The notes under the pieces: model-generated
The model's database searches: none
The model's input: the letters and a program-made list of their open reading frames with translations, nothing else
What the model was told of the DNA's origin: nothing
DNA from: Acidobacteriota bacterium
Lineage (GTDB): Bacteria > Acidobacteriota > Thermoanaerobaculia > Thermoanaerobaculales > Thermoanaerobaculaceae
Reading direction: 5' to 3'
Length of the DNA stretch: 64,000 nt
Assembly: GCA_004298115.1 (NCBI GenBank)
Contig: SCRJ01000117.1
Span: forward strand, 4,696 to 68,695
Translations under genes and position numbers: made by a program
Shown here: positions 1 to 9,542 of the stretch, one piece after another
Numbering within the stretch: the stretch's first letter is position 1
How the letters are laid out: every line of letters starts with the position of its first letter

Positions 1-1
1 G

Positions 2-628
2 GCGCGCGAAGAACCGGTGACGGCGCCCGGCACCCGGTACATCGACTTCCTGATCCCGGGGCTCGTCGGTCTCAACCTCATGGGGAGCGGGATGTGGGGC
101 CTCGGGTTCGCCGTCGTCCAGGCGCGCACCCGCAAGCTGCTCAAACGCTTCGCCGCCACGCCGATGCGCCGCTCCCACTACCTGCTGTCGTTCATCTTCT
201 CCCGTCTCGTCGGGCTGGTGCTCGAGGTGGCCGTCGTGGTCGGGTTCGGCTGGGTCCTGTTCGGTGTCGCCGTGCGGGGCTCGGTCTTCGCGCTCGCGGC
301 GGTGGCGTTCGTCGGGTCGCTGGCGTTCGCCGGGATCGGCCTGCTGGTGGCGGCGCGCCCGCGCACGGTCGAGGGGGTCTCGGGCTTGATGAACCTGGTG
401 CAACTCCCGATGTGGCTCGCCTCCGGCAGCTTCTTCTCCTACGAGCGCTTCCCCGCCGCGGTGCGGCCGCTCATCCGCGCCCTGCCGCTGACCGCCCTCA
501 ACGACGCGCTGCGCGCCGTCATCAACGACGGCGCGCCGCTCGCCGCGACCGCGCATGAGCTGCTGGTCATGGCGCTCTGGGGCGCTCTGAGCTTTGCGCT
601 CGCGCTCAAGCTCTTCCGCTGGCAGTGA
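2..628 (+). CDS. ABC-2 type transporter permease (5' end cut by window edge)
   Basis: Frame is open from window start to the stop at 626-628. Polytopic hydrophobic protein (FLIPGLVGLNLMGSG..., several TM stretches) typical of ABC-2 exporter permeases. Confidence 0.6.
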   Translation, partial: AREEPVTAPGTRYIDFLIPGLVGLNLMGSGMWGLGFAVVQARTRKLLKRFAATPMRRSHYLLSFIFSRLVGLVLEVAVVVGFGWVLFGVAVRGSVFALAAVAFVGSLAFAGIGLLVAARPRTVEGVSGLMNLVQLPMWLASGSFFSYERFPAAVRPLIRALPLTALNDALRAVINDGAPLAATAHELLVMALWGALSFALALKLFRWQ

Positions 629-731
629 AAGAGCGGGACGTAGGGCAGCCCAATGGGAGGAGGGGAAAGGCGGCCGCACGACCCCGGGGCTGCGACGCGC
701 GCGCTCCTGGGGGAGGGCCTTCGTCGTCCCC

Positions 732-1847
732 CTACGGCCTTCCCTCGGCCGGTTTCGCGGGGAGACCGCGGCCGGTGACGAGGTAGACGGCGAAGCTGCC
801 GAGCCAGTGCCCGCCCTCGTAGTGCTCGCCGGTGACCGCCGCCAGGCCGGAGCGGCGGTGGCTCGCGGCGGCGGCGCGCAGCGCGGCGATGCGCGGGTCG
901 CCGGACGGCAAGCCGGCGGCGATCCCCTCCAGCATCCAGGCGCGCGACAGGTTGAGGCCGTCGAGGTGGGCGAGCTTGCCGTCGGCCGGGTCGGTGACCG
1001 TCGCGGGCGCGAGCCAGGAGGCGGCGCCGTCGCCCGGCAGCCGCGGCAGGAACGTCCCCAGCCAGGCGGCGAACTCGCGCGCCGGCAGCACGCGGCGCAT
1101 CAGGTCGGCCTCGGCCAGGCACGGCGAGAGGAAGTCCTGCCCCGAAGGCTCGTACGCCATCGGGCAGTCGCGGTCGGCGAGGTAGTAGTCGCGGCTGCGC
1201 CGCTCGACGAGCGCTGCCATCCCGGCGTCGCCGGTCGAGCGCGCCCAGTCGAGGACGAGGCCGAAGGCGAAGGCGGTCTGGGCGTGCTCGCCGATCCGGA
1301 TCGGGTAGGCGAGCTTCGGCAGCCACGCGGCCAGTCGCGCCGCCGAGGCGCGCTCGAGCGGCGCGAGCGCGCGGGCCAACTCTCTCGCCTGCGGGTCGTC
1401 CCACTCGCGCAGCTCGGCGGCGAGCTGGAGCAGCCAGGCGAGGCCGTAGGGGCGCTCGAAGTCGGCGCGACCGGCGCCGTTCATGTATGCGACCTCGCCG
1501 GCGATGTGCGCCGGCGTCAAACTCGCGGCGAGCGCCGCCCGCGCCGCCGGCACGAACGGGGCGTCCGGGAACGTGCGCGCGAGCCGGACGAGGAGCCAGT
1601 GCCCATGCACCGCGGAGTGCCAGTCGAAACAGCCGCAGAAGGCGGGCGTGAGCTCGCGCGGCGGTTTGACGTCGGCGTCGCTGGCGAGCACGTGTGCGAT
1701 CTTGTTCGGGTACTCCTTGTGCACGCATGCCAGGGCGAGGTCGGCGAAGCGCTGCGCCGCGGCGGCGTCGAAGGCCCGCGGCTCGGCCGCCGCCACGGGC
1801 AGCGAGCCGGCGGCGAAAACGCAGGCGGCGACGGTACGCGTGACCAT
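732..1847 (-). CDS. DUF2891 family protein (secreted)
   Basis: ORF 732..1895. Start moved to ATG 1847 (MVTRTVAACVFAAGSLPVAAA signal-like N-terminus). Has the GCFDWHSAVHGHW motif characteristic of DUF2891. Confidence 0.55.
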   Translation of the reverse strand: MVTRTVAACVFAAGSLPVAAAEPRAFDAAAAQRFADLALACVHKEYPNKIAHVLASDADVKPPRELTPAFCGCFDWHSAVHGHWLLVRLARTFPDAPFVPAARAALAASLTPAHIAGEVAYMNGAGRADFERPYGLAWLLQLAAELREWDDPQARELARALAPLERASAARLAAWLPKLAYPIRIGEHAQTAFAFGLVLDWARSTGDAGMAALVERRSRDYYLADRDCPMAYEPSGQDFLSPCLAEADLMRRVLPAREFAAWLGTFLPRLPGDGAASWLAPATVTDPADGKLAHLDGLNLSRAWMLEGIAAGLPSGDPRIAALRAAAASHRRSGLAAVTGEHYEGGHWLGSFAVYLVTGRGLPAKPAEGRP

Positions 1848-1921
1848 GTCGGGATGGTAGCACCGGCGCCGGGAGCGGGAGGCTCCGAGGTACACTCCGC
1901 GCGGCGGAAGGAGGGTCGGTC

Positions 1922-3061
1922 ATGAGGGTCGCGGTGCTCGGGGGTGGGTTGGTGGGTGGGGTGATCGCGCGGGACCTGGCGCGCGACGGGGAGTTCGAGG
2001 TCACGGTGGCCGACCTGTCGGAGGGCACGCTGGACCGTTTCCGCGAGGTGGCCGGGGTCACGCCGCTGCAGGCCGACCTCGCGGACCCCGCGGCGATCCG
2101 CCGGGTGGTAGCCGGGCACGACCTCGTGGTCGGCGCGGTCCCCGGCCACATGGGGTTTGCGACGCTGCGCGAGGTGATCGCCGCGGGCGCTCCGGTGGTG
2201 GACATCTCGTTCTTCCCGGAGGACGCCCTCTCGCTCGACGCCCTCGCCCGCGAGCGCGGGGTGTGCGCGGTGGTCGACTGCGGCGTGGCGCCGGGGTGCT
2301 CCAATTTGATCCTCGGGCGGATGGAGAGCGAGCTCGAGCCGGTCGAGCGCTTCGTCTGCTACGTCGGCGGCCTCCCGGTGGAGCGCACCTGGCCGTGGGA
2401 GTACAAGGCGCCGTTCTCGCCCGCCGACGTGATCGAGGAGTACACGCGACCCGCCCGCTACGTCGCGAACGGCGCCGTCGTGACGATGCCCGCGCTCTCG
2501 GAGCCGGAGCTCGTCGAGTTCCCCGGCGTGGGCACGCTCGAGGCGTTCAACACCGACGGCCTGCGCTCGCTGCTGGCGACGGTCAAGGCGCCGTTCATGG
2601 TCGAGAAGACGATGCGCTACCCGGGCCACATCGAGAAGATCAGGGTCCTGCGCGAGAGCGGGTTCTTCCGGGCGGAGCCGGTGATGGTCGCGGGCGTGCC
2701 GGTGCGGCCGCTCGACCTCGCCGCGCGGCTCCTCTTCCCGCTCTGGCAGTTCGCCCCGGGCGAGGAAGACATCACGGCGATGCGGGTGATCGTCGATGGC
2801 ACGAGCGCAGGGCGCCGGGTGCGCCGCACCTTCGAGATGCTCGACCGCTACGACCCCACGACCGGGACCAGCGCGATGGCGCGGACGACCGGCTACACCT
2901 GCGCCGCCGGCGTGCGCCTCATCGCGCGCGGGTTGTGGGGCCGCAAGGGGGTCTCACCCCCCGAGTTCCTCGGCCGCGAGCGCAGTTGCTATGAGTTCAT
3001 GATGGCGCAGCTCGCCGCGCGCGGCGTCGTGTTTGGCGAGCGCGTCGAGCCGCTCGGGTGA
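1922..3061 (+). CDS. saccharopine dehydrogenase family NAD(P)-binding protein
   Basis: N-terminal Rossmann motif VAVLGGGLVGG. Length and CGVAPGCSN / EAFNTDGLRSL motifs resemble saccharopine/homospermidine dehydrogenase-like enzymes. Confidence 0.7.
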   Translation: MRVAVLGGGLVGGVIARDLARDGEFEVTVADLSEGTLDRFREVAGVTPLQADLADPAAIRRVVAGHDLVVGAVPGHMGFATLREVIAAGAPVVDISFFPEDALSLDALARERGVCAVVDCGVAPGCSNLILGRMESELEPVERFVCYVGGLPVERTWPWEYKAPFSPADVIEEYTRPARYVANGAVVTMPALSEPELVEFPGVGTLEAFNTDGLRSLLATVKAPFMVEKTMRYPGHIEKIRVLRESGFFRAEPVMVAGVPVRPLDLAARLLFPLWQFAPGEEDITAMRVIVDGTSAGRRVRRTFEMLDRYDPTTGTSAMARTTGYTCAAGVRLIARGLWGRKGVSPPEFLGRERSCYEFMMAQLAARGVVFGERVEPLG

Positions 3062-3149
3062 GCGCCGCGACACGGGCGATATAATCGCTGCACACCCCGC
3101 GAAGCCTCGTTGCAGGGCAGCCGGCGCGGTCGCGGGGTCGGGAGGACGC

Positions 3150-3596
3150 GTGGAGTGCCCGGTGTGCCGGGAACCGCTCATCGTTGCGGAGCGTGAGGGG
3201 ATCGAGCTCGACGTCTGCCCGTGGTGTCACGGGCTCTGGTTCGACGCCGGCGAGCTCGCCCTGCTGGCGGAGAAGCTCGGCCGCACGCTCGCCGCTCCGG
3301 AAGGCGCCCCGCCCGAGGCCGCACCGACTTCGGAGAAGCCGCGGCTCTGCCCGCGCTGCGACAAGGCGATGGAGAAGGTGGCGCTCGGCGCCAGGCCGAA
3401 GGTGCTGCTCGACCGCTGCGCGAGCCACGGGTTGTGGTTCGACCACGGTGAGCTGGGGTCGCTGGTCGGCCAACTCTCGGCTAGCGGCGGTTCGCATCAC
3501 GAGGCGGTGACGACGTTCATGGGCGAGACGATCGGCGCCTCCGGCGCGCCGCCGCCCGACGGTGCGGGGGAACCCGCAGGGGAGGTCAAGCGATGA
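3150..3596 (+). CDS. double zinc-ribbon protein (zf-TFIIB-like, COG3809-type)
   Basis: GTG 3150 follows GGAGGA. Two copies of CPxC...LDxCxxCxGxWFDxGEL (CPVCREP..CPWCHGLWFDAGEL and CPRCDKA..CASHGLWFDHGEL). Stop overlaps the lemA start by 4 nt. Confidence 0.6.
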   Translation: MECPVCREPLIVAEREGIELDVCPWCHGLWFDAGELALLAEKLGRTLAAPEGAPPEAAPTSEKPRLCPRCDKAMEKVALGARPKVLLDRCASHGLWFDHGELGSLVGQLSASGGSHHEAVTTFMGETIGASGAPPPDGAGEPAGEVKR

Positions 3597-4150
3597 TCTT
3601 CGGATTCGTGGTCCTGATCGTGATCGTGGTGGCCGTGATCTGGGTGCTGGGCATGTACAACGGCCTGGTCGGCGCCCGCAACGAGGTGAAGAACTCGTGG
3701 AGTCAGATCGACGTGCAGCTCAAGCGGCGGCACGACCTGATCCCGAACCTCGTCGAGACCGTCAAGGGGTACATGGGGCACGAGCGCGGGACGCTGGAGG
3801 CGGTGACCAACGCGCGCCAGCAGGCGGTCAACGTGACCGGCGGCGTGGAAGACCGCGCCAAGGCGGAGAACGCGCTCTCGCAGACGTTGCGCTCGCTGTT
3901 CGCGGTGGCCGAGGCGTACCCGGACCTGAAGGCCAACCAGAACTTCCTGGCGCTCCAGGAAGAGCTGACCTCGACCGAGAACAAGATCTCGTTCGCGCGC
4001 CAGTACTACAACGACGCCGTGCTGCGCCTCAACAACCGCATTCAGATGTTCCCGTCGAGCGTCATCGCCGGGATGTTCAACTTCTCGCAGGAGAAGTTCT
4101 TCGAGGTGGAGGCGCCCGAGGAGCGGCAGGTGCCGCAGGTGAAGTTCTAG
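3593..4150 (+). CDS. lemA: LemA family protein
   Basis: N-terminal TM helix followed by NEVKNSWSQIDVQLKRRHDLIPNLVETVKGY...AYPDLKANQNF, the classic LemA signature. Confidence 0.85.
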   Translation: MIFGFVVLIVIVVAVIWVLGMYNGLVGARNEVKNSWSQIDVQLKRRHDLIPNLVETVKGYMGHERGTLEAVTNARQQAVNVTGGVEDRAKAENALSQTLRSLFAVAEAYPDLKANQNFLALQEELTSTENKISFARQYYNDAVLRLNNRIQMFPSSVIAGMFNFSQEKFFEVEAPEERQVPQVKF

Positions 4151-4165
4151 GACGGGCCGCCCGCC

Positions 4166-5428
4166 ATGTGGGAGCTCATCCGCGCCAACCAGCGCCGCGC
4201 CGCCACCCTGGTGGTGGCGATGGCGGCGCTGCTGTTCCTGCTCGGCTACGCGCTCGGCGAGGCGCTGGCGCCGGGCGGGGGCGCCGGCGGGCTCGTCATC
4301 GCGTTCCTGGTGTGGGTGGTGCTGTCGCTCGTGAGCTACTTCCAGGGCGACACGATCTTCCTGTCCCTGGCCGGCGCCCGCCGCATCGCCAAGGCGGACA
4401 ACCCGCAGCTGTACAACGTCGTCGAGGAGATGACGATCGCGGCCGGCCTGCCGACGGTGCCCGCCATCTACGTCATGGACCAGGCGGCGCCGAACGCGTT
4501 CGCCACCGGGCGGGACGCCCAACACGCGGCCGTGGCCGTCACCGCGGGGCTCCTGGAAACCCTCGACCGCAACGAGCTGCAGGGCGTCATCGCGCACGAG
4601 CTGGGCCACGTCAAGAACCGGGACGTGCTGTACATGATGATGGTCGGGATCATGATGGGGGCGATCGTGCTGCTCGCCGACGTCGGGGGTCGCGTGTTCC
4701 TCTACGGCGGCGGGCGGCGGCGGACGTCGTCGCGTTCCGGGGGGCAGGGACAGCTCATCGTCGTGATCGCGGCGGTCGTGCTCATGATCCTCGCCCCGAT
4801 CATCGCGCAGCTCATCTATCTCGCGCTCTCCCGCCGCCGCGAGTACCTTGCGGACGCCTCGTCGGCGCTGTTCACGCGCTACCCCGAGGGCCTGGCGAGC
4901 GCCCTCGAGAAGATCGCCCGCACCACGACGCCGCTCGCCACCGCGACGCGGGCCACGGCGCCGATGTACATCGTCAACCCGCTGGGGGCGAGCGCGAAGG
5001 GCCTCGCCGACCTGACGAGCACGCACCCGCCGACGTCGGAGCGCATCCGCATCCTGCGCTCGATGGGGGGCGGCGCCGGCCTCGTCCGCTACGACGAGGC
5101 GTTCCGCGCGGTGACCGGCAAGAAGGGCGGGGTGGTGCCCCCGTCGGCCCTCGCCGGCGCCGGCCAGGCGCCGGCTGTCGCGCCCGTGGCGGCGCCTCCG
5201 TCGGTCCCCGCACCGGCCCAAGCGGCGGTTCCGGTGCCGGTGCCTGCCGCAGGCGGGCGCCTCGAGCGGGTCCGGCAGACCACCGACATGCTCTGGCGGC
5301 TCAACCAGTTCGTCTTCATCCCCTGCGCCTGCGGCACGACCCTCAAGGTGCCGCCGGCGTACGTCGGGCGCGAGATCGCGTGCCCGCACTGCGGGGCCGT
5401 GCACAAGGTGCAGCCGAGCGCAGCCTGA
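4166..5428 (+). CDS. M48 family (HtpX-like) zinc metalloprotease with C-terminal zinc ribbon
   Basis: HELGHVKNRD HExxH motif and TM helices. C-terminus carries CACGTTLKVP...CPHCGAVHKV, a CxxC/CxC-type ribbon. Confidence 0.8.
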   Translation: MWELIRANQRRAATLVVAMAALLFLLGYALGEALAPGGGAGGLVIAFLVWVVLSLVSYFQGDTIFLSLAGARRIAKADNPQLYNVVEEMTIAAGLPTVPAIYVMDQAAPNAFATGRDAQHAAVAVTAGLLETLDRNELQGVIAHELGHVKNRDVLYMMMVGIMMGAIVLLADVGGRVFLYGGGRRRTSSRSGGQGQLIVVIAAVVLMILAPIIAQLIYLALSRRREYLADASSALFTRYPEGLASALEKIARTTTPLATATRATAPMYIVNPLGASAKGLADLTSTHPPTSERIRILRSMGGGAGLVRYDEAFRAVTGKKGGVVPPSALAGAGQAPAVAPVAAPPSVPAPAQAAVPVPVPAAGGRLERVRQTTDMLWRLNQFVFIPCACGTTLKVPPAYVGREIACPHCGAVHKVQPSAA

Positions 5429-5477
5429 GCCCGGAGGTGACGCCAATGGCCCGCGGCGCCGGCGCCTCCCGTCCGGG

Positions 5478-5978
5478 TCACGTCCGCGGGGTCGCGGGCG
5501 GGGGCGAATCGGGGCCGGGCGACGGGGGTGGTGGGGTCCCGGGGTGCGGCGGGTGGCCGTGGTGGTCCGGCGGCATCTCGCCCGCACCGTGGGGGGGCGG
5601 CATCCACATCCTCGGCATCCTGCCGCCGCGCTCCTTGACCATGCGGTCGAAGCGGGCGCGCTGCTCGTCGGTCAGCAGGCCCCGGATCTCGGCGCGGAGC
5701 CGCTCGAAGATCTCGGTCATCTGCGGCATCAGGGGACGCATCACCCGCGCCGACTCCTCGCGGGCCTTCGCCGCGGCCGCGTAGACCTGGCGGCGCTGCG
5801 TCTCGGAGAGGTGGAGCTCGCGGTCGAGGCGGTGGACGACGATGCGGGCGAGACCCTCCGGCGAGCTCATCGCCCGCCGCTCGATCCGTACCCGCCAGAC
5901 GTGCATCGCCGCCGCGCCGCACAGGGCGCCGGTGACGAACACCGCGAGCACGGCGAGGCGAGCGCGCCAGGGGTTCAC
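5478..5978 (-). CDS. periplasmic Spy/CpxP-like (LTXXQ) stress or heavy-metal sensor protein with His/Pro-rich tail
   Basis: Signal/TM N-terminus. LSETQ and LTDEQ (LTXXQ) motifs. C-terminal MPPPHGAGEMPPDHHGHPPHPG tail. GTG start overlaps the upstream stop (GTGA). Confidence 0.55.
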   Translation of the reverse strand: MNPWRARLAVLAVFVTGALCGAAAMHVWRVRIERRAMSSPEGLARIVVHRLDRELHLSETQRRQVYAAAAKAREESARVMRPLMPQMTEIFERLRAEIRGLLTDEQRARFDRMVKERGGRMPRMWMPPPHGAGEMPPDHHGHPPHPGTPPPPSPGPDSPPPATPRT

Positions 5979-6373
5979 TTGCCACCTCCGGAGAGGCGGT
6001 CCTCGCCGCTGCCGGACAAAAGCATGGCGGCGAGCGGCGCGTCGGTCGCCGCCTCACGGTTGGCGAGCACGACCATCGCGGCGTCGTCCTGCGTGTCCGT
6101 GGCGTGCGCCGTCTCGAACGCCGCCCACGCCGACAAGACCGCGAGCAGCACCGCGAGCGCGGGGAGCGTGTGCAGCGCCGCGGCGGCCAAAGGGTGCGGC
6201 GCCGGCGACACCCTCGCGGCCGCGACCGCCCTGACTCGGGCCGCGAAGAACGGGGGCAGGGAGGGAAGCTCATCGGGGCGCGCCGCGGCCGCTTCGAGCA
6301 GGCGCCGCACCGCCTCGTCCTCCCGCACCGCGCGCGCGGCGCGCGGGGTTGACGGATCGTGCGAGTTCCACAT
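5975..6373 (-). CDS. putative membrane anti-sigma factor
   Basis: Start set at ATG 6373 (MWNSHD), 5 nt after the ECF sigma stop. Single TM segment (LHTLPALAVLLAVLSAWAAF). The call rests on position only; no zf-HC2 motif is seen. Confidence 0.35.
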   Translation of the reverse strand: MWNSHDPSTPRAARAVREDEAVRRLLEAAAARPDELPSLPPFFAARVRAVAAARVSPAPHPLAAAALHTLPALAVLLAVLSAWAAFETAHATDTQDDAAMVVLANREAATDAPLAAMLLSGSGEDRLSGGGK

Positions 6374-6378
6374 GCGAG

Positions 6379-7032
6379 TCACCTCCGTCCCGTCCCTGCG
6401 ACCAGGGCGCGCAGCCGGTTGCGGGCGCGAAACGCCCGCACCTTGACGTTCGCGATCGACCACCCGGTGAGAGCGGCTACCTCGGCGGTCGCCATGCCCT
6501 CGAGCACGGTGAGCGTGAGGACGAGGCGGTCCGCCGCCGGCAACCTGGCCAGCACCTGCTCCGCGGCCAGCCGCGCCTCCTCGCGCTCCCAGCGCGCCAT
6601 GCCGCCGTCGCCGTCGGGCCCCACGTAGCTGGCGATGAACGCCTCGGGGTCGCCGCCGAGTTGGGAGAAGCCCACCTCGGGACGGGCGCGCTGGCGCCTG
6701 AGCTGGTCGTAGCAGGCGTTGACCGTGATGCGGGCCAGCCAGTGGGCAAGCGGAACCTCGCCGCGGTACCCGGCCATCCCGCTGTACGCCTTCACGAACA
6801 CCTCCTGGGCGATCTCCTCGATCGCGTCCGCGCGGCGGAAGAACCGCCCCGCGATGCGGACGACCCGGCCGTGGTGGGCGCGCACGAGTTCCTCGAACGC
6901 GTCCTCCTCGCCGGCGAGGACCCGGGAGGCGGTCCGCCGGTCGTCGGCGAGGTGGTCCTTCGCGTCGTCCGCCACCTGCTGTCCGCTCCCCGCCCAGGCG
7001 CCCACGGCCACACCGTCACGCTGCACTCGCAC
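6379..7032 (-). CDS. ECF-type RNA polymerase sigma-70 factor
   Basis: Region 2 (FEELVRAHHGRVVRIAGRF...EVFVKAY) and region 4 (LTVLEGMATAEVAALTGWSIANVKVRAFRARNRLR) are recognisable. The GTG start is uncertain. Confidence 0.85.
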   Translation of the reverse strand: MRVQRDGVAVGAWAGSGQQVADDAKDHLADDRRTASRVLAGEEDAFEELVRAHHGRVVRIAGRFFRRADAIEEIAQEVFVKAYSGMAGYRGEVPLAHWLARITVNACYDQLRRQRARPEVGFSQLGGDPEAFIASYVGPDGDGGMARWEREEARLAAEQVLARLPAADRLVLTLTVLEGMATAEVAALTGWSIANVKVRAFRARNRLRALVAGTGRR

Positions 7033-7187
7033 CGGCCCCCGCTCCGGGGAGTCCGCCGCGGCGCGAGGTGACGCGATACGAGACGCCGACCGGCCGCCGC
7101 CTCCCCACTTCTCGAGACGGCCGCGCCCGCGGGACGGTTACAGCGGCACCCGCGCGGCGGGCGCGGCGGCGCGGAGTGGGGTTTCCC

Positions 7188-7679
7188 CTACGCGCCACGC
7201 TTGCCGAGCTGGTGATCGAGGTAGTAGAGAGCGCCGGGGTGGTCGCCGATCGCCTGCAGGCGCATGACGATCGGATCGAGGACGGCCTCCTCCTCGACCT
7301 GCTCCTTGACGAACCACTGCAGGAAGTTGGCGGTGGCGTGGTCCTTCGCGGCGATCGCCTTGTCCATGAGGTCGTTGATCCTCTTGGTGATCGACTTCTC
7401 GTGGCCATAGGCGGCCTCGAACGCCGCCAGAACGGACGGCCACTCGCCCTTCGGCTGGTCGATCGCGGTCAGCGTGACCGCGCCCCCCCGTTCGTGCAGG
7501 TAGTCGATGAACTTCATCGCGTGGCCCATCTCCTCCTGGGCCTGGGCGCGCATCCACCCGGCCAGCCCGGCGAAGTTCGTCTGCTGGAAGTGGACCGACA
7601 TCGCGAGGTAGAGGTAGAACGAATACAGTTCGGCGTTGATCTGCCCGTTGAGCGCCTTCTCCATGCCCTTGTTGATCAT
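7188..7679 (-). CDS. ferritin (non-haem, Ftn-like)
   Basis: Start ATG 7679 (MINKGMEKALNGQINAELYSFYLYLAMS...). Di-iron ligand pattern E..EE..H..; 163 aa. Confidence 0.85.
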   Translation of the reverse strand: MINKGMEKALNGQINAELYSFYLYLAMSVHFQQTNFAGLAGWMRAQAQEEMGHAMKFIDYLHERGGAVTLTAIDQPKGEWPSVLAAFEAAYGHEKSITKRINDLMDKAIAAKDHATANFLQWFVKEQVEEEAVLDPIVMRLQAIGDHPGALYYLDHQLGKRGA

Positions 7680-7927
7680 TGCGCATCTCCCTCCGCCGGT
7701 TCGATCGTCCGATCGCCCCCGCCGGCCGGCGGCCGGCGCGAAACGATTGTGCGACTCCCTTGCGAACACGAGCCTACCATCGGTGCACCACCCTGTCCAT
7801 AACGCGCAGGAAACAAACTCTCCCAGGCGGTGTTCTACGGTGTGATGAGACACGATCCTCACTTCGATCGCGCGGCGGCGTCCGGACCCGACGTGGGCCC
7901 CGGCGGCGGGTCGGGCCGGGTGGTCGC

Positions 7928-9418
7928 ATGAGCGCCGGGAAGCCCGCCACGCTCGGGGCGCTCAGGTCGTCCGGCTACACCTGCCGTCCGGTCAAACGGG
8001 AGCTGCGCGAGAACCTCATCGCCCGGCTGCGCGCCGGCGGGCCGCTGTTCCCCGGCGTCGTCGGCTACGAGCGCACGGTGATCCCGGGGATCGTCAACGC
8101 GCTTCTCGCGCAGCACGACTTCATCCTGCTCGGATTGCGGGGGCAGGCGAAGACGCGCCTCCTGCGCGCGCTCGTGACCCTGCTCGACGACGAGATCCCG
8201 GTGGTGGCCGGGAGCGAGCTCAACGACGACCCGTTCCGCCCGACGTCGGCGCGCGCCCTCCGGATCGTCGAGGGCGCCGGCGACGACGCGCCGGTCGAGT
8301 GGCTGCCGCGCGAGGCCCGCTACAACGAGAAGCTCGCCACCCCGGACGTCACCATCGCCGACCTCATCGGCGACGTGGACCCGATCAAGGCGGCGACCCG
8401 GCGCCTCACCTACGCCGACCCCGAGGTGATCCACTTCGGCATCGTGCCGCGCACCAACCGCGGCATCTTCGCCATCAACGAGCTCCCCGACCTCGCGCCG
8501 CGGATCCAGGTCGGCCTCCTCAACATCCTCGAGGAGCGCGACATCCAGGTCAGGGGGTTCCCCGTCCGCATCCCTCTCGACGTCCTGATGGTCTTTTCGG
8601 CGAACCCCGAGGATTACACCAACCGCGGCTCGATCATCACGCCGCTCAAGGACCGGATCTCGTCCCAGATCCTGACCCACTACCCGAAGGACGCCGCCAC
8701 CGCGATGACGATCACGCGGCAGGAAGCGTGGCGCTCGCGGGCAGGGCCGCGGGTCGCCATCCCCGAGGAGGTCGAGCTGCTCGTCGAGGAGATCGCGTTC
8801 GCGGCCCGCGAGTCGGACCTCGTGGACCAGAGTTCGGGGGTGAGCGCGCGGGTCGCGATCGCCGCGATGGAGCTGCTGGTCTCCAACCTCGAACGGCGGG
8901 CGCTCGCGACCGGCGAAGAACCGGTCTGGCCGCGCCTGGTGGACGTGCACATGCTGCTGCCGGCGATCACCGGCAAGGTCGAGATGGTGTACGAGGGCGA
9001 GCAGAAGGGGGCCGAGATCGTGGCCCGCGCGCTCATCGGCGCGGCAGTGAAGAAGCGCTTCGCCGCGCGCTTCCCGGCGCTGGGACGCGACGCCGGCGGC
9101 GGGGACGACAAGGGGCCGTACGCCCCGATCGTGGCGTGGTTCGCCGCCGGCAACGAGGTGACGCTCTCCGACGAGCAGCCGTTCGCCGCGTACGAGCGCG
9201 AGCTCGGACGGGTCCCCGGCCTGGCGGCGCTCGCCGACGGCCACGGCGAGACTCCCCAGGAGCGCGCCTTCGCCGCGGAGATGATCCTGGAGGGGCTGCA
9301 CCAGCACACCAAGCTGGCCCGCGAAGACGTGGACAGCGCCGTGAGCTACAGGGAGGCGCTGAAGTTCCAACTCATGCGCCGCTCCGCGCGGCCCGGGGAC
9401 CGCTCCGATGCCAATTAA
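7928..9418 (+). CDS. AAA+ ATPase, Mg-chelatase ChlI/BchI-like (COG1239-type)
   Basis: Start ATG 7928 (MSAGKPATLG). Walker A GLRGQAKT and Walker B GIFAINELPDL. ChlI-like motifs LLNILEERDIQVRGFPVRIPLDVLMVFSANPEDY. Confidence 0.7.
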   Translation: MSAGKPATLGALRSSGYTCRPVKRELRENLIARLRAGGPLFPGVVGYERTVIPGIVNALLAQHDFILLGLRGQAKTRLLRALVTLLDDEIPVVAGSELNDDPFRPTSARALRIVEGAGDDAPVEWLPREARYNEKLATPDVTIADLIGDVDPIKAATRRLTYADPEVIHFGIVPRTNRGIFAINELPDLAPRIQVGLLNILEERDIQVRGFPVRIPLDVLMVFSANPEDYTNRGSIITPLKDRISSQILTHYPKDAATAMTITRQEAWRSRAGPRVAIPEEVELLVEEIAFAARESDLVDQSSGVSARVAIAAMELLVSNLERRALATGEEPVWPRLVDVHMLLPAITGKVEMVYEGEQKGAEIVARALIGAAVKKRFAARFPALGRDAGGGDDKGPYAPIVAWFAAGNEVTLSDEQPFAAYERELGRVPGLAALADGHGETPQERAFAAEMILEGLHQHTKLAREDVDSAVSYREALKFQLMRRSARPGDRSDAN

Positions 9419-9501
9419 ACCCGCCGCCGGGTCCCGGGCCGGGGCAGGTTGATCAAAGTCCGACCGGACGGTTTCCCAGGGAGGATCGCAACCGTGTCGT
9501 T

Positions 9502-9536
9502 CACGGACCACCGACCACGGACCACGGACCACGGTC
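9502..9536 (+). repeat. tandem heptanucleotide array: cacggac caccgac cacggac cacggac cacggtc
   Basis: Read directly from the sequence. Five 7-nt units ending 6 nt before ATG 9543. Flanked 5' by an R1-like motif (reverse complement gaacgacacggtt). Confidence 0.9.
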
Positions 9537-9542
9537 TCTGAC

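Noticed and set aside
3497-5587. 696-aa minus-strand ORF, and the 740-aa plus-strand ORF 3562..5784, overlapping lemA and the M48 protease
   Set aside because: The sequence is Arg/Pro/Gly-dominated with no recognisable domains. The same DNA encodes clean LemA and HExxH protease sequences in another frame.
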